Source: an uncultured cyanobacterium
Lineage (GTDB): Bacteria; Cyanobacteriota; Cyanobacteriia; Cyanobacteriales; Cyanobacteriaceae
Direction: 5' to 3'
Assembly: GCA_963710605.1 (NCBI GenBank)
Contig: CAVQBA010000006.1
Location: 224,001-288,000, forward strand
DNA length: 64,000 nucleotides
Positions 41,722 through 50,991 of this stretch are shown here, piece by piece; position 1 is the first letter of the stretch, and every line of letters starts with the position of its first letter. The translations under genes were made by a program, and so were the position numbers. Under the pieces are notes generated by a model that saw only the letters and a program-made list of their open reading frames with translations, made no database searches and was not told the DNA's origin.

Positions 41722-43302
41722 TTAATTGTTAATTGTTAATTGCTTTATTGTTAATTGCTTTATTGCTTTAACAATGTAATCAGCTAAAGTCACTCCATCA
41801 ACTCCCATTTCGCTGACATCTTCAACTGCTAAAATACCTGCTTGTTGATGTAACCATGCGGCTAGGGCTACCATATCAGCAACAGAATATTTAGTATAAT
41901 CTCCTTGAGAAACTAAAGCACAAATCAAACCACTGAGTACATCTCCATTTCCTCCTCTGGCTAAAGCGGGTGTACTCTTATTTATTACCCATGTATGTCC
42001 ACCTCGATCGCAAATCATAGTTTTAGCACCTTTAAGTAAAATAATACAATTTGCTTCTCTAGAGGCTTGTTGTACACCCTGTAAACGATTTTTGGTTAAA
42101 TCAATGTCAGGAAATAACCGTTTAAATTCTCCTTCATGAGGAGTAAGTATAGTAATACCTTGGCGTTGAGACAACAATGAGTAAACATTTTCTTCGGCTA
42201 AAAGATTTAAACCATCCGCATCAATTAATAATGTATTTTGACTAGCTAAAAGTTGTCCGACAAATTGACGGGCTAGAGATGTTACCTCACGAGAAAAACC
42301 CATCCCAAAACCAATCACGTCATATTTAGATAAATCATCAGGATGAATCGGAATTGTATTCATCTCTCCTGTATTTGTTTCGTTACTACCAATTACTAAT
42401 GCCATAGGAATATTTTGATTAATCAATGGTTTTACTGAGGAGGGAACAACCATGGTTAACATCCCCACACCGCCACTATTTGCTCCATATCCAGAGAGTA
42501 ATGCCGCTCCTGCATACCTAGCAGAGCCACAAATTAAAGCGATGTTTCCTTGGCGATATTTATGGGTATTGACACGGCGAGGTAATGGTAAGATTGCTTT
42601 GGCTTTTGTCGGGGTAATCAATTCTACTGCTGTACGAGGATTGATGAATTCGGTAACAACATGATCAGGAATACCAATATCAATTAAATACGAATTACCG
42701 ATGTATTCAACGGCGTTGTCTTGAAATAAACCGATTTTCCATAATCCTAAACAAAATGTATCTGTGGCTTTGATCGCAATTCCTTGTACTGTACCTGTAT
42801 CACTATTAATTCCTGATGGAATATCAATACTAACTACTGGTTGTGATAATTGATTAACAAATTCGATATCTTGAAATAGTCTTCCTTCGATCGATCGTTG
42901 TAAGCCGAAACCTAATAAACTATCAATGATAAAATTACACTGCTGTAACTCTTCTATCTGTTGAACAAAATTAAGCCCTAGAAATTGAGCATAATTAAGA
43001 TGTTGTAAGGTTAAATTTTTTGATTTATTCGCTAGAGGTGCATATAAATAAACATCATAACCATTAAGATGTAATTCTCTGGCAATTACCAAACCATCTC
43101 CACCATTATGACCACAACCAACAATTATGCCCACTTTATCATATTTGTTTTGAGGATATAATTGTTCAATTTTTTGGCTTGACAAAAGTGCAACTTTCTC
43201 CATTAAACTCGCTATAGGCATTTGATGAGCAAATAGTTGGTTCTCTATTTGTTGCATTTGTTGTGTGGTAACGATCGTTTGTGTTATGGTTGTTTTTCTC
43301 AT
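41722..43302 (-). CDS. nnr: Bifunctional NAD(P)HX epimerase/dehydratase
   Basis: GHNGGDG, DIPSG, DADGL, TPHEGEF, GGNGDVLSG. Confidence 0.93.
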   Translation of the reverse strand: MRKTTITQTIVTTQQMQQIENQLFAHQMPIASLMEKVALLSSQKIEQLYPQNKYDKVGIIVGCGHNGGDGLVIARELHLNGYDVYLYAPLANKSKNLTLQHLNYAQFLGLNFVQQIEELQQCNFIIDSLLGFGLQRSIEGRLFQDIEFVNQLSQPVVSIDIPSGINSDTGTVQGIAIKATDTFCLGLWKIGLFQDNAVEYIGNSYLIDIGIPDHVVTEFINPRTAVELITPTKAKAILPLPRRVNTHKYRQGNIALICGSARYAGAALLSGYGANSGGVGMLTMVVPSSVKPLINQNIPMALVIGSNETNTGEMNTIPIHPDDLSKYDVIGFGMGFSREVTSLARQFVGQLLASQNTLLIDADGLNLLAEENVYSLLSQRQGITILTPHEGEFKRLFPDIDLTKNRLQGVQQASREANCIILLKGAKTMICDRGGHTWVINKSTPALARGGNGDVLSGLICALVSQGDYTKYSVADMVALAAWLHQQAGILAVEDVSEMGVDGVTLADYIVKAIKQLTIKQLTINN

Positions 43303-43704
43303 TTTCGGGCTTAATCAGCTTTACCTTTTCTGCAAGTATTATCCTCTATTCAAAAGTTATTGATTCTAATTAATTTTGATTAGAATATCCTTTTGATTAA
43401 AGAATAAATAATTTGTTTTAAATTTGTAGTTAATTTTACTTTTATTGTAAAATTTTGTTACAAAATTATCGTTATAGATTCAAATTAAAACTTTATCAAG
43501 ACTTTACACAAAATACTAGTATTTATTGCCGAAAAAGAAGTAATGAATGCTATCTTAAAAATAGCAAATTCAAACACGAATCAATTAATTAAAGTTATTA
43601 AAACTAAAAAGTAGGTATTGAAATAAATACTTTCTTGAGTAATTTGTCGGTATGACCCAAACAATAACAATTAAGAAAAGAAGTAGAAACCATCAGGGGA
43701 GGAA

Positions 43705-44907
43705 ATGAATAGTAGTAGTACAATAGCGTTACAAAAAATACTCCAATCCCTAAGAGGAAAAAAGTTTACAGGCAGAATAGATATTAAGCAAAGTGACGGG
43801 CAACAGTGGCATATTTATCTGTGTTTAAGTCGTTTGGTATGGGCTGATGGTGGTTATCATCCTTTAAGAGAATGGAATAGATTACTAATTAAGTATTTTC
43901 CTGAATTAGATCATCAATTATTAGATTTAGAAAAAGCCAAAAAATACGAGTGTTGGAATTATTATTTGATAATCTCTTTATTACAAAGATTTTTAATTAC
44001 TAAAACACAAGCATATAGTTTAATTAAAACTAAAATAAAACAAACTTTATTAGATATTTATCAAGCTGAAGTTAATGATCAAGTTACTTATAAAATTATT
44101 GAATTAGAAAATAATTTTTCTGTAGAATCAGGGTTACGAATATCGATCGCTCTTTTTACGATCGATAAATTATTAGTTGAAACAGAAACTCAATGGCATA
44201 TGTGGCAAAAATTAGATTTAATTCCTTGGAATCCACATTCAGCACCAACAATTAGAAATCATGTTTTACTCAAACAACAGTTTCAAAATCAAGAAAAAAC
44301 ATATCAAAGATTAGTTTCTTTATTTAACGGTCAATTTACTTTAATTGAATTAGCCGATAAATTAAATTTAAATTTACTTAAACTAATGGTTTGGTTTAAA
44401 CCTTATTTTGAAAGTGGAATTGTTGAATTAGTACCAATTATCGATCGCCAAAATAAAGCTAATTTGATTGGAGTTAATAATAATAATCAAATTACTAAAC
44501 CAACTTCTCAACAATTAATTGTTTGTATTGATGACAGTATTCAAATTTGTGAGATAATGCAACATATCATCACCGAAGCAGGTTATCAATTTTTTTCAAT
44601 TCAAGATCCTCTCAAAGCTTTACCAATATTAATTAAAAGAAAACCAGATTTAATTTTACTCGATTTAGTGATGCCGATCGTTAATGGTTACGAAATTTGT
44701 ACCCAAATTCGTCGTGTCTCTGCTTTACAAAATATTCCTGTAATTATTTTAACGGGTAATGATGGTATGATCGATCGACTCAGAAGTAAAATGGTAGGGG
44801 CGAATGGCTTTTTAAGTAAACCAATCGATCAAGAAAAACTATTAAGTAAAATCAAATCTGTCTTAACAATCGCTTCAACGAGTGATTCGCCGACTCAATT
44901 AAGATAA
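43705..44907 (+). CDS. PatA-type response regulator (PATAN + receiver)
   Basis: N-terminal FTGRIDI...WHIY...RLVWA; C-terminal CIDDS, LDLVMP, FLSKP. Confidence 0.85.
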   Translation: MNSSSTIALQKILQSLRGKKFTGRIDIKQSDGQQWHIYLCLSRLVWADGGYHPLREWNRLLIKYFPELDHQLLDLEKAKKYECWNYYLIISLLQRFLITKTQAYSLIKTKIKQTLLDIYQAEVNDQVTYKIIELENNFSVESGLRISIALFTIDKLLVETETQWHMWQKLDLIPWNPHSAPTIRNHVLLKQQFQNQEKTYQRLVSLFNGQFTLIELADKLNLNLLKLMVWFKPYFESGIVELVPIIDRQNKANLIGVNNNNQITKPTSQQLIVCIDDSIQICEIMQHIITEAGYQFFSIQDPLKALPILIKRKPDLILLDLVMPIVNGYEICTQIRRVSALQNIPVIILTGNDGMIDRLRSKMVGANGFLSKPIDQEKLLSKIKSVLTIASTSDSPTQLR

Positions 44908-44996
44908 AGCCAAAAGCAAAATATTGTCACAGATAATTGATTATAGTTACAATGGTAAAATTGTCTAATAATTAAAATTACTATTTTTTAAAATTC

Positions 44997-45179
44997 ATGG
45001 CTGTACCAAAGAAGAAAACATCGAAATCTAAACGTAATCAACGTAGGGCACATTGGTTTAAAAAAGCCGAAAAAGAAGCTCAAAAAGCATTATCTTTAGG
45101 TAAATCAGTATTAACAGGAAACTCAAATAGTTTTGTTTATCCTACTAAAGACGACGACGAAGATGAAACTGAAGAATAA
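44997..45179 (+). CDS. rpmF: 50S ribosomal protein L32
   Basis: [20 protein letters not shown]...ALSLGKS. Confidence 0.97.
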   Translation: MAVPKKKTSKSKRNQRRAHWFKKAEKEAQKALSLGKSVLTGNSNSFVYPTKDDDEDETEE

Positions 45180-45689
45180 CTATCAATTGTGAATTAGTAA
45201 ATAACAGCAATTGAATATCTTTAATGAGGTGCATCATGTTTTGCACCCTTATTTTTATCGAAAAATTACGGGTTTTAAACCCCGAATCACCCCCCTTTCA
45301 AAGGGCAGGGCTGTTTTATTCAAAGGAAGAAAAAAATAGCTATCTGCTCAAAACAAATAGCTAGAAGCTATTACTACATACAATACGATCGATCGAGAGT
45401 GGTTACATTGTGTTTTTACTATAGGAAAAAAACAGCTACATTTACTGCTATTTCTGGCGTTGTATAAGTTACAAAATTTGACAATGAATCAGCCCTGCTT
45501 TACAAAGGGGTTGCACGAGTGCCCTTTGCCCTTTGCCCTTTGTTGACAAGTAGATATTGTAAAAGGTAATGAAATACAGATAATTAATAATTTACTGTTT
45601 AACTACTACTGATTAACGATTGCTTCTAAATCATGTCTTTTAAATTCTGTCTCCTACCTTCATAATAAATAAATGTTTTTACTGAGGCA

Positions 45690-46265
45690 TCAGTTATTAA
45701 GATTAAGATAATCTTCAGGTGTATTGCAGTTAAACAAAATAGTTTGATTATCAATTGAGATAGGAGTTACCTTAACGTTTTTTAACCAAGATTGAAAAGA
45801 TTTGCCCCCCGTGTTAAGGTATTGCTCAATAGAAGAAAGACAATTACGACGATAAAAACCACATAAACATTCCCATCGATTTTGATTATTTACTAGAAAA
45901 GCAACTGAATCTGGTGGTAATTGTTCTAGCTCATTGATCCAGTTTTCGATCGGTGCTAAATTAAAATAAGGTAAATCACAAGCTAATAACAACACCCATT
46001 GAGTTTGTATATGTGTTAATCCTTGGCTAAAAGCTGATAAAGGACCTTGAAATTTTTTAGCTTCGGTAATAAACTGACAATTATCGTCAACTAAATCTTG
46101 ATATTTTTCCTGCCATGGTGTAACGATATAAACTTGTTGGCTGAATTGATTTGCTTGTTGATAAATATGGCTTAAAAAAGATTTTCCTTCTATACTTAAT
46201 AAAGCTTTATCTTTCCCCATACGAGAGCTTTTTCCACCTGCTAAGATAATTGTTTCAATTTTCAT
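45690..46265 (-). CDS. mobA: Molybdenum cofactor guanylyltransferase
   Basis: ILAGGKSSRMGKDKA, GPL, ACDLP, NCNTPED. Confidence 0.93.
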   Translation of the reverse strand: MKIETIILAGGKSSRMGKDKALLSIEGKSFLSHIYQQANQFSQQVYIVTPWQEKYQDLVDDNCQFITEAKKFQGPLSAFSQGLTHIQTQWVLLLACDLPYFNLAPIENWINELEQLPPDSVAFLVNNQNRWECLCGFYRRNCLSSIEQYLNTGGKSFQSWLKNVKVTPISIDNQTILFNCNTPEDYLNLNN

Positions 46266-46591
46266 AAATAATTTAAATACAATAAAAACAATTGTGCCTT
46301 AAATAACTATCAATCCCTTATTCCGATTCAAAATAGTATAGTTAAAAACAAAAGAAAGTAAAACCTCAGAAAACTTATGAGCAAACGATTAGACAACAAA
46401 ACTGATAACTATAGTTTGACTAAATAATTGAGGAGAAAAAGTTATACCAAATCAAAAACTAAACAATAGGGTAACACTGTAACCAACAATTTGACAATAG
46501 AGATATTAAATTATTAATTATCTTTACCCGATACCTTTTTTTCAAAATTAATTGTCTATAATAAAAACTGACTTCACACAAGCCTAAAGCA

Positions 46592-48055
46592 ATGAATAAT
46601 TATCCAGATTTAAGTAGCACCAACTACTCCATAATTAGAGAATTAGGGCGAAACTCTGAAGGTGGTAGAGTTAGTTATTTAGCTACCGAAAACGATCGAC
46701 AAGTAGTGATTAAGCAATTCCGCTTTTTTACAGGTGAGAGTGATTGGCATGGATTTAAAGTATATGAAACAGAAGTAAATATTCTCAAAGAATTAAACCA
46801 TCCGCGCATACCTACATATATAGATTCATTTGAAACAGATGACGGTTTTTGTTTAGTACAAGAATATAAAGATGCACCTTCAATTGCAACTTTAAAAGAT
46901 TTGACTCCTCAAATAGTTCAGAAAATTGCTATTTCGATTTTAGAAATTTTAGAAGATTTACAATCAAGAAAACCTGCTATTATTCATCGAGATTTGAAAC
47001 CCGAAAATATCTTAGTAGATACTGATTATAATGCTTATTTAATTGATTTTGGTTTAGCTAAAAAACCAGACCAAAATATTGCTATTAGTAGTATGGCGAT
47101 GGGAACGCCGGGTTTTATGCCCCCAGAAGAAGTGTTTAGTCGTAGTGTAACTTCTGCATCCGATCTTTACAGTTTAGGAGCAACTTTAATTGGATTATTA
47201 ACTAATACTCCCTCGATCGAAATTAGTAGTTTAATTAATGATAATTATCGCTTTTATTTTCAAGATCAATTAGGAGAAATTAATCCTTTATTTGTAAATT
47301 GGTTAACCCTGATGGTTGAACCTAATCCGAAGAATAGATTTCCCAATGCAACTACAGCTTTAAAAGCAATTAAATCGATCGATATTGATAATTACGATCG
47401 ATACGATTCTTCTGTCTCTAATAAACCTAATAGTTTATTAATTGGCTCTAGGATTGTTATTGGCTTGGTTGTGAGTGCAAATATTTGGGGTAATTATATT
47501 GCTCCATCTTCTTCACCTAAAGTTACTACACAAAACCGATCGTTCAACCAAAAAGTTCATTTAGCACCAGATTCTGCACAGCAATGGTTTAAAACTATTA
47601 AACCTCAATGTAATTCAGTTGAGATTGGTACTACAATTGGTAATTTTCCACCTCCACAAACTACAGGCGGAATTGGTTACGCCAGTGCATGTTATGCTTT
47701 AGCTGGAAAAATTGAAGTAGCCGATCAATTAATTCAGTCTTTACCGCAAACTCAACAAGCTAAAGCGGCTAATATTGTCTTTAATATCGGACATCCTATT
47801 GCCGATGCGGGTGATGATGAGTCAGCAGGGGCAATTATGAATTTAGTTGTTAAATACCAACCTAACAATTATATGGCGTTGTATCATGCAGGAATGTCAG
47901 CTTATATTCTTGGTGATTTAACAATGTCGAAACAACATCTAGAGTCTTTTCTCGATATTTATAGTTGTAATAATCGTTGGCGACAAAATGCTTTGGAAAT
48001 TCTCGATCAGCCGAAGGCTGGCGCTGCGCGATCGTATTTGATCAATAATGGATAA
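46592..48055 (+). CDS. Membrane-associated Ser/Thr protein kinase
   Basis: HRDLKPEN, DFG, GTPGFMPPE, SDLYSLG; hydrophobic segment then C-terminal domain. Confidence 0.92.
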   Translation: MNNYPDLSSTNYSIIRELGRNSEGGRVSYLATENDRQVVIKQFRFFTGESDWHGFKVYETEVNILKELNHPRIPTYIDSFETDDGFCLVQEYKDAPSIATLKDLTPQIVQKIAISILEILEDLQSRKPAIIHRDLKPENILVDTDYNAYLIDFGLAKKPDQNIAISSMAMGTPGFMPPEEVFSRSVTSASDLYSLGATLIGLLTNTPSIEISSLINDNYRFYFQDQLGEINPLFVNWLTLMVEPNPKNRFPNATTALKAIKSIDIDNYDRYDSSVSNKPNSLLIGSRIVIGLVVSANIWGNYIAPSSSPKVTTQNRSFNQKVHLAPDSAQQWFKTIKPQCNSVEIGTTIGNFPPPQTTGGIGYASACYALAGKIEVADQLIQSLPQTQQAKAANIVFNIGHPIADAGDDESAGAIMNLVVKYQPNNYMALYHAGMSAYILGDLTMSKQHLESFLDIYSCNNRWRQNALEILDQPKAGAARSYLINNG

Positions 48056-48158
48056 TTAAAAATATTTTTGGCTATTTTCACTTCTTCACTTTTAACTTTT
48101 AAGGTGGGCATTGCCCACCTCTCTACGTCAATCTTATGATCAGGAATAAACAGAATTT

Positions 48159-49683
48159 TTAACCTTCGACTTTCAATTCTTTAATAGCGGGGCCGTGAAG
48201 AATTTTACCTGCGGTATCAAAACGTGAACCATGACAAGGGCAATCCCAACTTTTTTCAGCCGCATTCCAAGCCATAATACAGCCTAAGTGAGGACAAACA
48301 GCCGATACTTGGTGTAGTTCTCCTGTTTCGTCTCGGTAAGCACCAACTTTTTTAAGTCCTGCGGTAACTAGTTTTCCTTCGCCTATTTTCACGTCTTCGG
48401 GGCTTTCACCAAGGTTTTTAAAACGATCGCCTACCCAACGTGTACCAACATCTAAATTGTTTTTAATTGATGCTTTACTGACAAAAGGAGTGGCACGGGT
48501 GGAATCATAAAGCGTCGCCCATGAATTTTGTTGATTTAAAATTAAATCTTTTAATAACATCGCTGAAAGTGTACCGTTAGTCATTCCCCATAAACTAAAT
48601 CCTGTAGCGACATATGTATGTTTATGTAACGGTGTTAAATTACCGACATAAGGTACTTGATCGAATGATTTAAAATCTTGAGATGACCAATAATAATCGA
48701 TTTTTTCTACACCAAAATGTTCACGAGCATAATTACCCAAACGAGCAAAACGCTCTTCGGTATCGTCGGCTTCACCTACTTTATGCCCTTCACCACCGAT
48801 TAATAACAGAGTACCACCATCATCAGTAGGAGTTGTACGAATAGAGCGGTATTTATCTCCCGTGCCAATAAAGACTGCCGTTGTGGGTGCTTTGTCTGCA
48901 TCAATACGAGCACCGACTAAATAAGAGCGTTGCGGATGAGTTTTAGCAAAAAATAATCCTAAATCAAGAATAGGTAAATTAGTGGCAACAATTACATCAG
49001 TAGCGGTAATTGTCAATCCATCTACAGTTTTAACTTTGCAAGGCTCTTCACCATCAACAGTTTCAATGCGAGTTTGCTCGAATACATAAGAACCATCACC
49101 ATCAATTTTAGCCGCTAAAGCAAGTAAGTATTTACGTGGATGGAATTGGGCTTGATTGGTAAATTTAACCGCTCCTAAGACAGGAAATGGGAGGGGGACT
49201 TCATCGACAAAAGATGCCGGTAAACCAAGGGATTGAGCGGCTTCTACTTCTTTTTTTACTTTCTCTAAAGTGTCAGGAGATGTGGCAAATGTATAGGCAT
49301 CTTTACGCTCAAAATCACAATCGATTGATTCTGTTTCAACTAAGGTAGCAATTTGTTCGATTGCCGCTTGATTAGATTCACCATATGCTCGTGCTTTTTC
49401 TTCTCCCATTTTGTCAATGAGTGTCGCATATTTGAGTTGATGTAAGGCAGTAACTTTCGCAGTTGTATGTCCAGAAGCACCTTGAGCAATACTGTCAGCT
49501 TCAATTAAAGCTACTTTTTTTTCCTGCTTTTTTTAATAAATAAGCGGCGGTAACACCCGCTATTCCAGCACCAACAATGGCAACGTCAATTTCTATATTT
49601 TCAGTTAAAGAAGGATAGGTAGAAGCAAGAGTAGAATCAATCCAAAAAGACTGATGACTGTCTAAAAATGAAGGTATAGTCAT
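48159..49683 (-). CDS. FAD-dependent oxidoreductase with C-terminal Rieske domain (YhfW-like); frameshift in an A8 run at 49515-49522
   Basis: GAGIAG in the upstream frame continues as GKKVALIEADSIAQGASGHTTAKVT if one A is removed; CPHLGC...WDCPCHGSRF. Confidence 0.88.
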
Positions 49684-50157
49684 GGCTTAATACTATTTAT
49701 AGTCTATAAAGTTTTGAGTGAGGATAAATACTTGAAGTGCCAATCTTCTACCAAGACAATAAATGTCAGAAGTAAAATTACAGGTCGAGGTATATTTACG
49801 ACCGGGAATCAACTCTAGTAGAAGATCATTGGCACTATAACGGGGCATATGTACTGATTATACAAAGGTAAATAAATTTTAATATCTAACTAAAGGAAGA
49901 TGAGGAGATTATCGAAAAACTCTGTTTTTTTGACAGTTAATTAAGAGACTAAATCATAAACATAAATATTGTTTCATCTATAAGACTGAAATTATGTCAC
50001 TATATTTAACTAATTTTTGAATTTTGACAAGGATAGGATAGTTAGTTTTTTAACTGATAATATCAAGTTAAATTTTAGAAACAAACGGAAAAGTTTGCTT
50101 TAAATACTAGTAAGTAATCAATTTACTTTTTCAATAGACTTCTGGCAAATTACTAAC

Positions 50158-50544
50158 ATGAAATCACTATTAATACCGATCGCAATTATTATTGGTGCAA
50201 CAATAGGTGCAATATCTCGTTTTTATTTAACTGAATGGACAAAAAGAGTTTGGGGCGATCGATTTGCTTACGGCACATTTATCGTGAATATCACAGGATG
50301 TTTGTTAATCGGTTTATTTTTTACTTTATCTACATCTATTAAAGGTTACTCTACAGAATTAGATATTTTAATCAGAACAGGTTTTTTAGGCTCTTTTACC
50401 ACATTTTCTACTTACAGTTGGGAGACTTTTATCCTTTGGCATGATCATAAAGTATTGAGTCTGTTTTACTCGTTGGCAAGTGCTATTTTTGGGATAGCTG
50501 CGGTTTATCTTGGTATTCTATTGGGTAGGTTATTTATTAATTAA
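50158..50544 (+). CDS. crcB: Fluoride channel Fluc/CrcB, copy 1
   Basis: GAISRF, GTFIVNITGC, TGFLGSFTTFST. Confidence 0.93.
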   Translation: MKSLLIPIAIIIGATIGAISRFYLTEWTKRVWGDRFAYGTFIVNITGCLLIGLFFTLSTSIKGYSTELDILIRTGFLGSFTTFSTYSWETFILWHDHKVLSLFYSLASAIFGIAAVYLGILLGRLFIN

Positions 50545-50552
50545 AAAAGATT

Positions 50553-50954
50553 ATGTTTCAATCAATTCGCCCTGCAATTGCAATCGCTTTAGGTGCAAGT
50601 ATAGGGGCATTGAGTAGATACTATCTGGGTGAACTAGTACAAAAAAACTTAGGTGAAGATTTTGGTTTTTATGGTACATTTATTGTCAACATAATCGGCT
50701 GTATCATGATTGGTTTTTTTCTGACGTTGGCTACAGAAAGAATCAAAAATTTTCATCCTGAAATAAAATTACTTTTAACAACAGGTTTTTGTGGTGCATT
50801 TACTACTTTTTCGAGTTTTGAATTAGAAACACAGATTTTTTTAGCCGGGTCGGATTTATTACTTGCTTTTAACTATTGGTTTAGTAGTATTGTAATGGGA
50901 ATAATTGGCATTTTTTTAGGTGTTAGATTAGCAAAATTAGCAACTAGCAATTAG
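50553..50954 (+). CDS. crcB: Fluoride channel Fluc/CrcB, copy 2
   Basis: GALSRY, GTFIVNIIGC, TGFCGAFTTFSS. Confidence 0.93.
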   Translation: MFQSIRPAIAIALGASIGALSRYYLGELVQKNLGEDFGFYGTFIVNIIGCIMIGFFLTLATERIKNFHPEIKLLLTTGFCGAFTTFSSFELETQIFLAGSDLLLAFNYWFSSIVMGIIGIFLGVRLAKLATSN

Positions 50955-50991
50955 CAATTAATAATTAACAATCAATAATCATTTTTATTAT

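Noticed and set aside
43447-43461. NtcA box upstream of the PatA-type regulator
   Set aside because: Spacing is GTA-N9-TAC, not N8.
49980-50157. Fluoride riboswitch upstream of crcB
   Set aside because: No GGCGAUGG...CUGAUG-type consensus visible.
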